DNA from: an uncultured delta proteobacterium
Lineage (GTDB): Bacteria; Desulfobacterota; Zymogenia; Zymogenales; Zymogenaceae
DNA length: 64,000 nt
Assembly (NCBI GenBank): GCA_963735595.1
Contig: CAVTLK010000002.1
Coordinates: 672,001 to 736,000 of the forward strand
Direction: 5' to 3'
The position numbers and the translations under genes were made by a program. Positions 54,132-64,000 of this stretch are shown one piece after another. Within the stretch, counting starts at the first letter, position 1; each line of letters starts with the position of its first letter. The notes under the pieces were generated by a model. The model was not told the DNA's origin. It searched no databases and was given only the letters and a program-made list of their open reading frames with translations.

Positions 54132-54374
54132 CGGGTACGATTACTAGAGAGGGTTTTTCTTTTCTCGAGGGTGTCGCAGATTCAGTTGAAACCGGGCGAC
54201 GGTACAGCTTCTCATATTACGCTACCTGTTTCGCATTTTCAACATAAGGATCATCTTCAAGGGCGGATTTAAGTATCCGGAGGTCCCGGTACCCGCTGAT
54301 CCGCCGAAAGCTCTTCTCCACCGCGAGAGTTCCCGGAGCCCCGAGATTCTTCCGTTGAAGTGCTTATCCGCTCC

Positions 54375-55250
54375 TTATCTGGCTAATTCCCTGAGCAATT
54401 CCCGCGACGTATCGATAATAGTCTGGTTGCGAATAATCTGTTCCCTTTTCTTCTTGGACAGCACGCCCAGCAGTTTGCCTATCTTCAGGAAGAACAGCTT
54501 TCGCCGGGCGTTACCGATCTTTTTCCGGACGATAAATTCTATCTGGTCTTTCGTATAGTGTTTTTTATAAAAGACCTGCTTTCCCCGCTGCCTTCTCAGC
54601 CGGACTTCCCTGGAAGGCAATGTTGCGGAGCTGACGCCGCCGATATGGTCAACGGTGACGTCCCGATACCATGATACAACGAGTCCCTGCTTTCTGATTC
54701 GTAATGCGAGATCGGTCTCCTCGGCATATAAGAAATAATCCTCGTCAAAGCCGCCGACGTTTTTATAGACATCGTACGGTATCATCATGCAGGAACCGCT
54801 TATCCACGCGATTTCGCCCGGCAGGTTCTTAATCATGTGGCCCGGGTGGATTTCGCCGGGGTAATCATAGTGCGGCACCAACTCTTTCCCGTCGTGGGCT
54901 ACCGAAGGCCCCATCAGCCCGCATTCAGGGTGGCTTTCCATGAAATTGACCATCCGGCGCAGGGCGTCGTCGCTCCGCAGCTCAATATCGGGATTGGATA
55001 CCAGTATAAAGCGGCCTTTCGCACTCCGAAACCCTAAATTACAGCCGCGGCCGTAACCGAGGTTTTCATCGCTGGAAACCAGCTTCCCCGGGAAGGCCGT
55101 TTTCTTCAGGACCTCAATGCTATTGTCCGTGCTGGCGTTATCGACGACGATAATCTCGAAGGTAACGTCCTTTTGCCTCAGCACCGAATTTATACACGGT
55201 ACGATGACGTCCGCCGAATTGTAGCTGACGATTACTACACTTACGTCCAT
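54375..55250 (-). CDS. GT2 glycosyltransferase (WbbL-like)
   Basis: VVDNASTD, NPD, GFDEDYFLYAEE.D. Confidence 0.9.
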   Translation of the reverse strand: MDVSVVIVSYNSADVIVPCINSVLRQKDVTFEIIVVDNASTDNSIEVLKKTAFPGKLVSSDENLGYGRGCNLGFRSAKGRFILVSNPDIELRSDDALRRMVNFMESHPECGLMGPSVAHDGKELVPHYDYPGEIHPGHMIKNLPGEIAWISGSCMMIPYDVYKNVGGFDEDYFLYAEETDLALRIRKQGLVVSWYRDVTVDHIGGVSSATLPSREVRLRRQRGKQVFYKKHYTKDQIEFIVRKKIGNARRKLFFLKIGKLLGVLSKKKREQIIRNQTIIDTSRELLRELAR

Positions 55251-55283
55251 TATATTATAAACCTCTCAACAGGGACTTGTTTT

Positions 55284-55297
55284 GGGGGGGCAGGTCA
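55284..55297 (+). mobile_element. Isolated IS3-type IR
   Basis: GGGGGGGCAGGTCA. Confidence 0.55.
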
Positions 55298-55313
55298 ATA
55301 GATAGATAAGGGA

Positions 55314-55481
55314 TTAAATGCCATCCAGCAGTGGGGAATCTTTATCGGTTAAAGGATCAACCGCAAACTTGTATTTCGCCTTTATTCTGAAGAAATTCTT
55401 ACCGCCGGATATCCCGATTTCAAGGTAAGTACGAGCATTTACCGCGCCGACTATTTTCTGGATCAAATCCGACCTTTTCAT
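55314..55481 (-). pseudogene. N-terminal fragment of class I SAM methyltransferase
   Basis: MKRSDLIQ...YLEIGISGGKNF...VDP, stops after 55 aa next to the IR. Confidence 0.6.
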
Positions 55482-55687
55482 TACTCCCCCTTTCGGTTGT
55501 AGTTGAGGGTCTGGGAACGCTTGATGGAATGAGAGGTTGAGATTGAATCAATCCTGATCTCGTAATTATGCGTTTCAACAAGCCAACAATAGGGCATTTT
55601 TACGAATTGTATTGAGAATGTCGATTTATCTCCGAACCGGCCCGACTGTTCCCTCACGGCTGGTATCGTCAAAAGAAAAAGGCCGCG

Positions 55688-56287
55688 CTAAACCTCGCCA
55701 TTTTCGACCGCGCGCAGGAAGGTTTGAGTATCGGTACTCAGCATAAAAGGGATAGCCCTGCCAATTCGTTCGTCATCCCAATCCCACCAGCGTATCTTCA
55801 GAAGTCGATCGACTATTTTTCTTTCGAACCGCATCTTAACGATTCGTGCCGGATTACCAGCAACGATGGCATAGGGGGGGACGTTGCGGGTTACAACAGC
55901 CCGCGCGCCCACGACCGCCCCGTCGCCGATGCGCACTCCGGACAAGATGATCGCTTCCGCACCGATCCAGACGTCGTTGCCGATAATAACGTCACCCTTG
56001 GACGCCGGGTGACCGGAGATATGACGGTAGTCCCCCCAAATGAAATTAAAAGGAAAAGTCGTTATCCAGTCAGTGCGATGCTCTCCTCCGACGAAAACCT
56101 GAACACCCCGTGCTATCGAACAAAACGATCCTAACTCGAACATACCATCAGTCGCCGCAGAGCGTCTAATCCGCAAGTCGCCGTAGGACCATCTGCCAAT
56201 ACTGTAACGTGCGGAGTATCTCTCATGTACAGTCTTCCGTTTCTTCTTGAACGGATTCCGAGTTATCTTTTCCAGAAGGTCCTTCAT
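55688..56287 (-). CDS. CatB/Vat-like hexapeptide O-acetyltransferase
   Basis: IGNDVWIG, GV.IGDGA, GNPAR, WWDW. Confidence 0.88.
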   Translation of the reverse strand: MKDLLEKITRNPFKKKRKTVHERYSARYSIGRWSYGDLRIRRSAATDGMFELGSFCSIARGVQVFVGGEHRTDWITTFPFNFIWGDYRHISGHPASKGDVIIGNDVWIGAEAIILSGVRIGDGAVVGARAVVTRNVPPYAIVAGNPARIVKMRFERKIVDRLLKIRWWDWDDERIGRAIPFMLSTDTQTFLRAVENGEV

Positions 56288-56386
56288 ATCGTACTTTTCC
56301 TAAAATAAACTAATATCCGGGTACGTATCACGGGGTACCTCTCGAAAGAGTCACCTCTAAGATATGGGGACGAGTACCAGTACCTG

Positions 56387-57553
56387 TTACGTAGAGAGAA
56401 CCCGCTCGTATATCTCCTGGAACATCCTGGCGTTTTCGATTTTGGTGTATTGCGTATAGACTTTCCGGGAAACAGCCAAGGCCTTTATCCGGGCTTTCTC
56501 CGGGAAATAGCATGACACGGCCGCCGCCATAGCTTCGTGATCTCTCGGATCGTCGAGCACCCGTCCCATTATTTTGGATTTAACGAACACGGACGCACCG
56601 GCGTTCCTGGTCGTTACTACCGGAAGCCCCGACGCTATTGCCTCAAGGATGACGTTGCCGAAAGTATCGTAAAACGTCGGCAGGAGAAAGATATCCGCGG
56701 CGGCGTACAGTGGTACGATGTCTTCTACGTAGCTCATAAATACAACGCGGTTCGAAACACCGAGGCGTTCGGCTTCCTTCCGGTATGGACGATCGTCGTC
56801 CCTGCCTGCGATAACCAGCCGAAACGGTTTCTTGACCCGTCTCTCGAGGAGCGGCAACATGCGGATTGCGGGAAATACACCCTTGAGCCGGTAGTTGTTG
56901 GTCGCGGTCAGGATCATGATCTCGTCTTCGGCAAGACCCAGCTTTGCCCGCGCCGATTCGCGGTAACGGTCGCGGTTTTGGGGTTTGAACCGTGCGATGT
57001 CGATACCGTTGTAAATAACCTGGATGCGGTCGGCTTTAACACCGTGAAACCGCATAATATCGTTTTTAACCTTGTCGCTGTGGGAGACAATAGCCCTGAC
57101 TCCCGAATCCCGGTACTGCTGCCTCTGGAGTGAGAGGATGAGTTGCCTGCGCGGGGATAGGAACCTGACGATACGGCCACAGAGCCGGGCCGGTACCGAC
57201 TCGCGGGACTTGTCGTCTGCATCAAACCAAGCCTGTTCGACGCCTGTATGGGAATTAAGCACCGTTACTCCCGGATTATGCCCGAGACCGTGGACGATGT
57301 CGTAATCCTCTTTCTTGACGTGTTTCTTGATCCCCCGCACAAACGTCAGGAGTCTCAGGAACTTGGGATGGCCGATCGTCGGGATTTCGTGAACGACGAT
57401 GTCCTTATGTGAGGAGCTACCGCGACGGCAGAAGACGTGCAGCTCGTGGCCGTCGTCCGTAAGGCTTTCCGCTAAATACTGAGTATACCGCTCAACGCCC
57501 CCCGACCGGGGGTCGAATTTATCGATAATCAGGGCTATCTTCAGTTTCTTCAT
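56387..57553 (-). CDS. GT4 glycosyltransferase (WaaG-like)
   Basis: GGVERY, IYNGID, KG, D.FG...LEA.ASGLPV. Confidence 0.88.
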   Translation of the reverse strand: MKKLKIALIIDKFDPRSGGVERYTQYLAESLTDDGHELHVFCRRGSSSHKDIVVHEIPTIGHPKFLRLLTFVRGIKKHVKKEDYDIVHGLGHNPGVTVLNSHTGVEQAWFDADDKSRESVPARLCGRIVRFLSPRRQLILSLQRQQYRDSGVRAIVSHSDKVKNDIMRFHGVKADRIQVIYNGIDIARFKPQNRDRYRESARAKLGLAEDEIMILTATNNYRLKGVFPAIRMLPLLERRVKKPFRLVIAGRDDDRPYRKEAERLGVSNRVVFMSYVEDIVPLYAAADIFLLPTFYDTFGNVILEAIASGLPVVTTRNAGASVFVKSKIMGRVLDDPRDHEAMAAAVSCYFPEKARIKALAVSRKVYTQYTKIENARMFQEIYERVLST

Positions 57554-57853
57554 ACTGTCCTGGTATCCTCGTGCCGGGTAGTGCCGGCAGCGTAATACCC
57601 AACACCACGTATTTGTTTCCCGCCGGACCGATGGCGGCCGGGTCCGCGACCTCCGACGTTGGCGGGAGCGCGGGCGCCGGTTTTGCCTAACCACGTAACC
57701 GTATCATTTTTCGGCCGGGGCGAATTCGACTCTCAAATACAACAGGTTGATTAAAGAGTACCTCAGCAGGTGTTTAAAAGCAAGACGTTTTCCTGGACCT
57801 CGGCTTACCTCTCTTTTCGGCTGGTAAAGCCGCACCTGGTAGTTGAACCTGCG

Positions 57854-58804
57854 CTACACGTTGTCGTTCGTCCTCTGCACATAGAAGCATGCCTGATCAC
57901 CGTTGCGGTTATTATTTAAGACTGTTGCCATCTTGACGTAACGGTTTATTTCATTTCTTGAGAAATCTGATCGCTTTAGTTTTTTTAAAGGTATACCTTT
58001 CTTATAGCCTTCGCTACCCAAGAACTGAAATCTGGAGGAATCATATACGACATATTTCTCATGAAGGTTACATTTCTTTAAAAGCAATCTAAAGCTTTCC
58101 AATGTATGTAAAAAAAGATGCCTCGGAGCATCTATTTGTACCCAGTTTTCCCTATAATGATGCCATGCGTATGAAGACGCTATCGGTATGCGAATGAGCG
58201 CGTATGCATTGGGTGATAATAAATCATATATCTTGTTTAAAACCCTTTCCGGTTGGGGCATATGTTCAAAAGAATGACTTAAGACTATTAAATCATATGT
58301 ACAATCCTGTATGTCGAAGATTTCTTTTTTATAGATATTGATATCTTTATACTTAATATCATTGTCAATAAAGGGATCGACACCAGTTAAATCAGTAAAG
58401 CCGGAGTCAAGCAATTTTTTTAGCAGGCGACCTGAACCGCAACCCACATCTAATACTCTCATGGAAAAATCTATGTCAATTTTCTCTAACCACGTTACAT
58501 GCTCGGGCTTTTTCATTCCTAAGGACAGTATCCTACTAAGTATGGTACGTTTATCTAACCAGTATTTAGACATGTGTCGAAGGCGGAGTTTTTTCCATTT
58601 TGAGCGTTCAGCCTTAACTTTAAACGAGCAGTAGTTATCCGGGTAGTACTTCGACAAATCATGAGGTATACTTGCCAGCTGCAAGCATCCACAGTTTGAA
58701 CATTCAAGATATTCAAATTCGTCCTTGGTCCCGAAGTGCATCTCTTTGACAACGTAAGTACTATTATTTTGCTTGTTTCCACATATATTACACCGAATCT
58801 CCAT
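57854..58804 (-). CDS. Class I SAM methyltransferase with N-terminal Zn-binding motif, AT-rich
   Basis: CNIC...CSNCG, VLDVGCGSG, HSFEH, PRHL. Confidence 0.85.
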   Translation of the reverse strand: MEIRCNICGNKQNNSTYVVKEMHFGTKDEFEYLECSNCGCLQLASIPHDLSKYYPDNYCSFKVKAERSKWKKLRLRHMSKYWLDKRTILSRILSLGMKKPEHVTWLEKIDIDFSMRVLDVGCGSGRLLKKLLDSGFTDLTGVDPFIDNDIKYKDINIYKKEIFDIQDCTYDLIVLSHSFEHMPQPERVLNKIYDLLSPNAYALIRIPIASSYAWHHYRENWVQIDAPRHLFLHTLESFRLLLKKCNLHEKYVVYDSSRFQFLGSEGYKKGIPLKKLKRSDFSRNEINRYVKMATVLNNNRNGDQACFYVQRTNDNV

Positions 58805-59080
58805 TTGAACCTCGCGAAAGACTACTCAAACTATATAATAAGTGCTTAGAAGCGTGATCCATAGAGGTGCTTGTGGTTTTCAGAAACAAATAGTCGGGAA
58901 GCTATCCGGCATATAGCTTAAACCTAACAAAAATTTAATGGCAAAACTGTCTCATATACTACTGCATAAGGCTCGCTTTTTCAAGATGAAAATAGGCATC
59001 CGGGCCGGACCGAGGAATCCAGGAATGAGAGAACCGCTGTTCAGTCGATAGGGCGGTATAATGCAAACTACGCGTGCCTG

Positions 59081-59262
59081 AGACCTGTCCCCCGAAAATG
59101 AGCCCATGTTAGAAGCAGGACCCCGGCACAATGCCGGAGTTATTTATTGACGACGAACGTGATAAAGGGGTCTCTCCTCAACTGCTTGTCTTTTCTACAC
59201 GTAACATGTCCCCGCTACCGGCATCATCAGGGACTCACGCAAAGGCGTGAGTCCTTTATTTT
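59081..59262 (+). mobile_element. Diverged left IR + arm + att-like repeat 7
   Basis: GACCTGTCCCCCGAAAATGAGCCCATGTT; core TCCCCGCTACCG 59209-59220; GGACTCACG/CGTGAGTCC hairpin. Confidence 0.75.
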
Positions 59263-59418
59263 GATCTCCGTATTCCTATAACGATTAACAAAATGATATC
59301 AAGAAAGACTTTACAGGCAGAATGAAGAAGTGCTATAAACCAGAAAGGGATAGCATTCTTCCGTCGTAAGGAGAAGTCATCGATATCTATAAAAAATCAT
59401 TTAACAAGGAATAAAACC

Positions 59419-60585
59419 ATGAATGCCCACGAACGAGTACGTGCCGCCCTGTCTCATCAGGAACCGGATCGCGTTCCCACGATCTCGTGTATAGATGTCC
59501 AGAGCCATGTCTATGAGATTCTTGGGGGAAAGCCGGACAACTCATACAAGTACATCACCAACCCCTTCACCGCGAAAATTATCGATTTCACATCCCCGGT
59601 CTTAAACGCGTTAAACGTTTTCGATCGGGACGTTACCGAGTTTATGCTCAAGAAACTCGAATCGGATGTCATCATGGGATATGATGCCACATGGGCGATA
59701 TATGCCAACATCTTTCTCTTTAAAAACTCGAAATACATGACCGATATCTACGGCGGGCGGCTCTATAAGATCGCGGATGACGGCCACGGCAATATGGATA
59801 CTCCCATGTATCTGGATGGGACGTTCCAAACTCCCGATGATTGGCGGCGTTTCAATAAGAAAAGATGGGAGGCGCTCCCCGACAAGATGTTTCAATTCAA
59901 CACGCTTATAAATAAAAAATTCGGAAAAGATATCTATATCTTCGGTTCTCTCTTCATGGGCCTCTTCGAAAACGCCTGGCAACCGTTCGGTTTTGCCCGT
60001 TTTGCCCGCTTCGTAAAAAAAGAGCGGGCGTTTCTCGAAGAAATCATCGAATACAGCAAGAACATCTACCTCAGGGTCATCGACGCCATCGCCGATGCGG
60101 GTCTTCCCGGTTTTATCATGTCAGACGACATGGCGTATAAATCAGGCCCCATGCTAAATCCTGTAACCACCGATGAGCTATTCGGCTACGCCTACCGGGC
60201 GGTCAACGATTATGCCCACAAGAAAGGCCTTGTAACTATCATCCACACCGACGGCTGGACGATCCCCCTGCTCCCGTATTTCGTCAAATGGGGGTTCGAC
60301 GGTCACCACTCACTCGAGCCAACCGCGCACGTTGACCTCGGAGAGGTCAGGAAAGTGATCGGGCACAAGCTCTCTCTGCTTGGTCATCTCGATATCGCCC
60401 ATGTCCTCTCGTACGGTTCTAAAGAAGAGGTCTTCGAGCATGTTCGGGACTCCATACGGAAGGCCGGCGCAGGCGGCGGGCTCATCTTAGGCCCTTCCAA
60501 TTCCCACGCCGATATCAGGGTCCAAAATATCCGGTGGATGATGGAGGCGATCGATACATACGGAAGATACCCACTCTCGCTATGA
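59419..60585 (+). CDS. Uroporphyrinogen decarboxylase (URO-D/MtaA-like) family protein
   Basis: ERV.AAL.H.EPDRVP, SDD.AYKSGP, HTDG; paralog of 47771..48949. Confidence 0.8.
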   Translation: MNAHERVRAALSHQEPDRVPTISCIDVQSHVYEILGGKPDNSYKYITNPFTAKIIDFTSPVLNALNVFDRDVTEFMLKKLESDVIMGYDATWAIYANIFLFKNSKYMTDIYGGRLYKIADDGHGNMDTPMYLDGTFQTPDDWRRFNKKRWEALPDKMFQFNTLINKKFGKDIYIFGSLFMGLFENAWQPFGFARFARFVKKERAFLEEIIEYSKNIYLRVIDAIADAGLPGFIMSDDMAYKSGPMLNPVTTDELFGYAYRAVNDYAHKKGLVTIIHTDGWTIPLLPYFVKWGFDGHHSLEPTAHVDLGEVRKVIGHKLSLLGHLDIAHVLSYGSKEEVFEHVRDSIRKAGAGGGLILGPSNSHADIRVQNIRWMMEAIDTYGRYPLSL

Positions 60586-60749
60586 ACGCGCGGTACGTAG
60601 AATTGTCGCGGTATCGCGGCATCGGGTATTTTACTCAGGATCATACGGTTTCCGAAACCATACTCGCCGGGTTTTAGAATAGGGCTCACAAGAGCTGAGC
60701 CTATGGCTAACCCGGATATCGTACCGCTCCCGGCGCGGGTAAGTGCACA

Positions 60750-62621
60750 ATGAATCCAACACTGCGGAGATTACGAGGAATCGTAAGAAAGATCGTCGCG
60801 CTCCTTTGGGGATGTCTGCGTTCTCTCAGGAATCCTTTCAGGATCGCAAAAAGATGCGGATACCTGGCGAGTCGGTTCTATACTGAGATGAGGACCAATG
60901 GGGCACTATCCGCAGTTCTCCAGATACACCGGTTTATCGCGATACGGGTAACCGCAGGATATACCTATAGAGATACCTTCGACGCGAAAAAAATCCGCGA
61001 TACGATTCAGGACTTCACCTGCCGGCCCCTCGTAAGCATCATCATGCCCGTCTATAACGCCGACCGCAAATGGCTTGTGTCCGCCATCGAGTCCCTCAGA
61101 TGTCAACTGCATGAGAACTGGGAGCTATGCGCGGTCGACGATGGGTCCACAAAAGGCCATGTCAGAAAGACGCTCACCAGGTACGCCAGGAAGGACAAAA
61201 GGATCAAGGTCCGCTTCCTGGTCGAGAACACCGGGATAGCCGGCGCATCCAACGAGGCCCTGTCGATCGCATCGGGCGATTTCGTCGGGTTCCTCGACCA
61301 CGATGACGAACTTACTCCAGATGCCCTATATGAATCGGCCAAGGCCATTAACGAAACGGGGAGGGACCTTTACTATTCCGACGAAGACCATATAGCGAGA
61401 AACAATGAATATGCGACCCCATACTTCAAACCGGACTATTCCCCGGATTTCATCCTCTCCAGGAACTACATCACCCATTTCGTCGTCTGCCGGAAATCCG
61501 TGATCGACAAAATCGGCGGATTCAGGAAAGGATTTGACGGCGCACAGGATCACGAGCTGCTCCTGAGGATACTCGAAGGAACAAATACGGCGCATCATAT
61601 CCCGAAGGTGCTCTACCACTGGCGGGAACACCCCGGATCGGCCGCGGCAAGCCCGAATGCGAAACCGTATGCCTGGGAAGCGGGCAGAAGGGCCGTCGAA
61701 GCGGCCCTGGAAAGGAGAAACATAAGAGGAGAAGTATCGCTCGGTATAGAGCCCGGGATCTACCGCGTCAGGAGGCACGTAGCGGGTAATCCGCTCGTCA
61801 GCATCGTAATCCCCTTCAGGGATAAGCCGGGGTACCTGAAGGGCTGTCTCGATTCGGTTCTGGAACGGTCTTCGTACGCCCGGTACGAGATCATCGGTAT
61901 CGACAACGGGAGTGGCCTTGGAGAGACACGGGACCTGATCGATTCGTACCGCAAGATGGACGGGAGGATACGGTTCCTCGAGTATGACGTCCCGTTTAAC
62001 TATTCCCGTATCAACAACTACGGCGTGAACCAGGCGAGGGGAACGCACATCGTCCTTATGAATAACGACATCGAGATCATCGCGCGCGACTGGATCGAGG
62101 CGCTGCTCGAGCACACACAGAGGCCCGAGGTCGGGGCCGTGGGGGCAAAACTCTACTATCCCGACAATACCATACAGCACGCGGGCGTAGTCGTCGGCTA
62201 CGGGACGTGCGGGGCCGCCCATTCCTTTTACCGTGATGGGAGGGATACGGGCGGTTACTTCGGGAACATAAACTGCATCCATAACGTTAGCGCGGTGACA
62301 GGAGCGCTAATGATGGTACGAAAGGAGGTCTATGAGGCGTCGGAAGGTTTGAACGAGACCGATTTTCCCGTGGCGTTCAACGATATCGATTTTTGCCTGC
62401 GCCTCATCTCAAAGGGACTGCTGAACGTTTTCACTCCGTACTGCGAAGCGTACCATCACGAGTCGATCTCGCGCGGATATGATGACGTGCCCCGGAATCA
62501 GGAGAGACTGGAGAGAGAATCGGAGGCATTCAAGGAAATACATCGAGAGATTCTCGGCAGGGGCGACCCGTACTACAATCCAAACCTGACGCTCACCGGA
62601 AAGCTCTGGGACATGAAATGA
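60750..62621 (+). CDS. Two-domain GT2 glycosyltransferase
   Basis: VSIIMPVYN, DHDD, GAQD; second domain NND, VTGA, FNDID. Confidence 0.9.
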   Translation: MNPTLRRLRGIVRKIVALLWGCLRSLRNPFRIAKRCGYLASRFYTEMRTNGALSAVLQIHRFIAIRVTAGYTYRDTFDAKKIRDTIQDFTCRPLVSIIMPVYNADRKWLVSAIESLRCQLHENWELCAVDDGSTKGHVRKTLTRYARKDKRIKVRFLVENTGIAGASNEALSIASGDFVGFLDHDDELTPDALYESAKAINETGRDLYYSDEDHIARNNEYATPYFKPDYSPDFILSRNYITHFVVCRKSVIDKIGGFRKGFDGAQDHELLLRILEGTNTAHHIPKVLYHWREHPGSAAASPNAKPYAWEAGRRAVEAALERRNIRGEVSLGIEPGIYRVRRHVAGNPLVSIVIPFRDKPGYLKGCLDSVLERSSYARYEIIGIDNGSGLGETRDLIDSYRKMDGRIRFLEYDVPFNYSRINNYGVNQARGTHIVLMNNDIEIIARDWIEALLEHTQRPEVGAVGAKLYYPDNTIQHAGVVVGYGTCGAAHSFYRDGRDTGGYFGNINCIHNVSAVTGALMMVRKEVYEASEGLNETDFPVAFNDIDFCLRLISKGLLNVFTPYCEAYHHESISRGYDDVPRNQERLERESEAFKEIHREILGRGDPYYNPNLTLTGKLWDMK

Positions 62622-62670
62622 GGCATTGACGAGCAGCCACTTCCCTGAAAACTGCTATTGAAGCTTGCAG

Positions 62671-62863
62671 TGATCCGTTCCCCCTGCAAATGCGTCCCTA
62701 TCAGGAATAAGCCCACAACACAATGCGCGGGGGGTCATTTGAGGTTCGCGATAAGGTCGTCGGCTTCGGCATTATCTCGTTAAAGATGTTTCCTTCTTGG
62801 CCGAATCATGTCCCCGCAACCGGCATAATCAAGGACTCACGCATGAGCGTGAGTCCTTGATTT
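62671..62863 (+). mobile_element. Diverged left IR + arm + att-like repeat 8 (array end)
   Basis: TGATCCGTTCCCCC; GGGTCATTTGAG; core TCCCCGCAACCG 62811-62822; AATCAAGGACTCACG hairpin. Confidence 0.7.
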
Positions 62864-63010
62864 ATAGGTGACGTACGGGCCGCAATATGATACCGTAGCG
62901 CGGGCGGAAAACGTCTCCCGGGTCTAAACCTCACAACTCCTTGAAAAACACGCTCCGGCAGCTTATGCCATCCGGATGAACCGGCATACGCCTGCCGATC
63001 AATATAAACG

Positions 63011-63820
63011 GTGAAGCCACGAATGAATAACGAAATGACATATCAGGCTGACCTGATAAAGATGGAGGAGTATCAGCGTATATTTGCGCGGTACAACCGT
63101 ATCAAGCGGTCGTATCTCCGCTGGTATTTCCGGCTCTATCACCGGCTCGATGTTATCGGCCTCCACAACATCCCGGAGGGCGCGGCGCTGATTGCCGCCA
63201 ATCACGGCGGCGGGTTTGACCTCGATATTATCTCGCTCGCCTATTTCGCCCACCCGGACCGACCGATTCACCCGCTCATCGCGCAGGAGTGGCACTACCT
63301 GAACAGCGCCTGGGGGCGGTACGGCGTCGGCACCGGTATCCCGCTCCGGACGCGGGGCGGCATCCGGTGGGAATACATCGAGCCGTACCTTTCCGCGAAC
63401 GGCAGCGGCTATCCGGGCCTCGTCGCCATATTCCCGGAGGGCAACTCGAGCACCTTTTCGCGACGGCGCGTGCTGGGGACATTCTTCCCCGGCGTGGTCA
63501 GGATCGCGCTCAGGTACCGGGTCCCGATCGTCCCGGCCGCGATGGTCGGGTTCTCGCTGGCCTCTCCGATACTCAAGGAGATCGAGCGCGACCACACCGC
63601 AAACGACGTCATCTGCACGCCGTTCACGTTTCCGGTCAAGCTGAAGATAGAATTTGGTAAGCCCTTGGATCTGAGCGACTATTACGGCATGAACTTGAGC
63701 CGGGCGGAGGAATACTGGGTGGCCAACGAGGTCGTGCGCCCGAGGCTGGCCGAGCTGTTGGGCCGGCACACGAAGGTGGAGCCGGCGAAGGTGGATGCCG
63801 AGATGAGAAGGCCGAAATAG
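63011..63820 (+). CDS. Lysophospholipid acyltransferase (PlsC/DGAT-like)
   Basis: ANHGG..D, IFPEG, VPIVP, FGKP. Confidence 0.85.
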   Translation: MKPRMNNEMTYQADLIKMEEYQRIFARYNRIKRSYLRWYFRLYHRLDVIGLHNIPEGAALIAANHGGGFDLDIISLAYFAHPDRPIHPLIAQEWHYLNSAWGRYGVGTGIPLRTRGGIRWEYIEPYLSANGSGYPGLVAIFPEGNSSTFSRRRVLGTFFPGVVRIALRYRVPIVPAAMVGFSLASPILKEIERDHTANDVICTPFTFPVKLKIEFGKPLDLSDYYGMNLSRAEEYWVANEVVRPRLAELLGRHTKVEPAKVDAEMRRPK

Positions 63821-63858
63821 CCCGGTTCGGCTTATAGGCGGTGGTTTAAGATCACGAG

Positions 63859-63888
63859 AAACGGGGCGGCTTTTGGGCCGCCCCTCTT
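63859..63888 (+). terminator. Rho-independent terminator
   Basis: GGGGCGGC-ttttgg-GCCGCCCC-TCTTT. Confidence 0.6.
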
Positions 63889-64000
63889 TGCTTGTACACG
63901 GTTATTGAGATGTACTATTTAGAGCTCATCGGCTCCAGCTTCGGCTCGATTACCGGGGCGGGGGCCGGGGCGGGAGCTACTGGCTTCGCGCAGAGGTCAA

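Noticed and set aside
55688..56287. Antibiotic resistance gene (catB/vat)
   Set aside because: The family match is generic; the glycosyltransferase context favours a sugar O-acetyltransferase.

Overview
GC-rich bacterial chromosome segment. Gene content suggests an anaerobe of deltaproteobacterial/Desulfobacterota type (IspH-UbiA fusion, 2-hydroxyacyl-CoA dehydratase subunits, tRNA-Sec, alaC-hom-thrC-apgM); this is an inference. Bases 1-42.3 kb are mostly housekeeping and metabolic genes with many frameshifts, probably long-read assembly errors. Two things stand out. (1) Downstream of tRNA-fMet (42353-42429) is a ~20.5 kb tandem array of unrelated cargo modules. They are separated by seven further copies of the tRNA 3' end plus an IHF-like site and a terminator hairpin. 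Several cargos are bracketed inside-out by IS3-family ends: a transposase 3' remnant carrying a sigma70-like promoter and the right IR upstream, and the left IR plus a conserved ~90 bp arm downstream. No integrase or intact transposase is present in the window. This is a candidate IS3-end/att-site gene-capture cassette array. (2) A three-gene cluster (3590-7109) has a PqqD/RRE-radical SAM-SPASM enzyme directly after a membrane protein ending in CACACACAGCACACAGGGR, a candidate RiPP-like modification of a membrane-anchored Cys-Ala tail.
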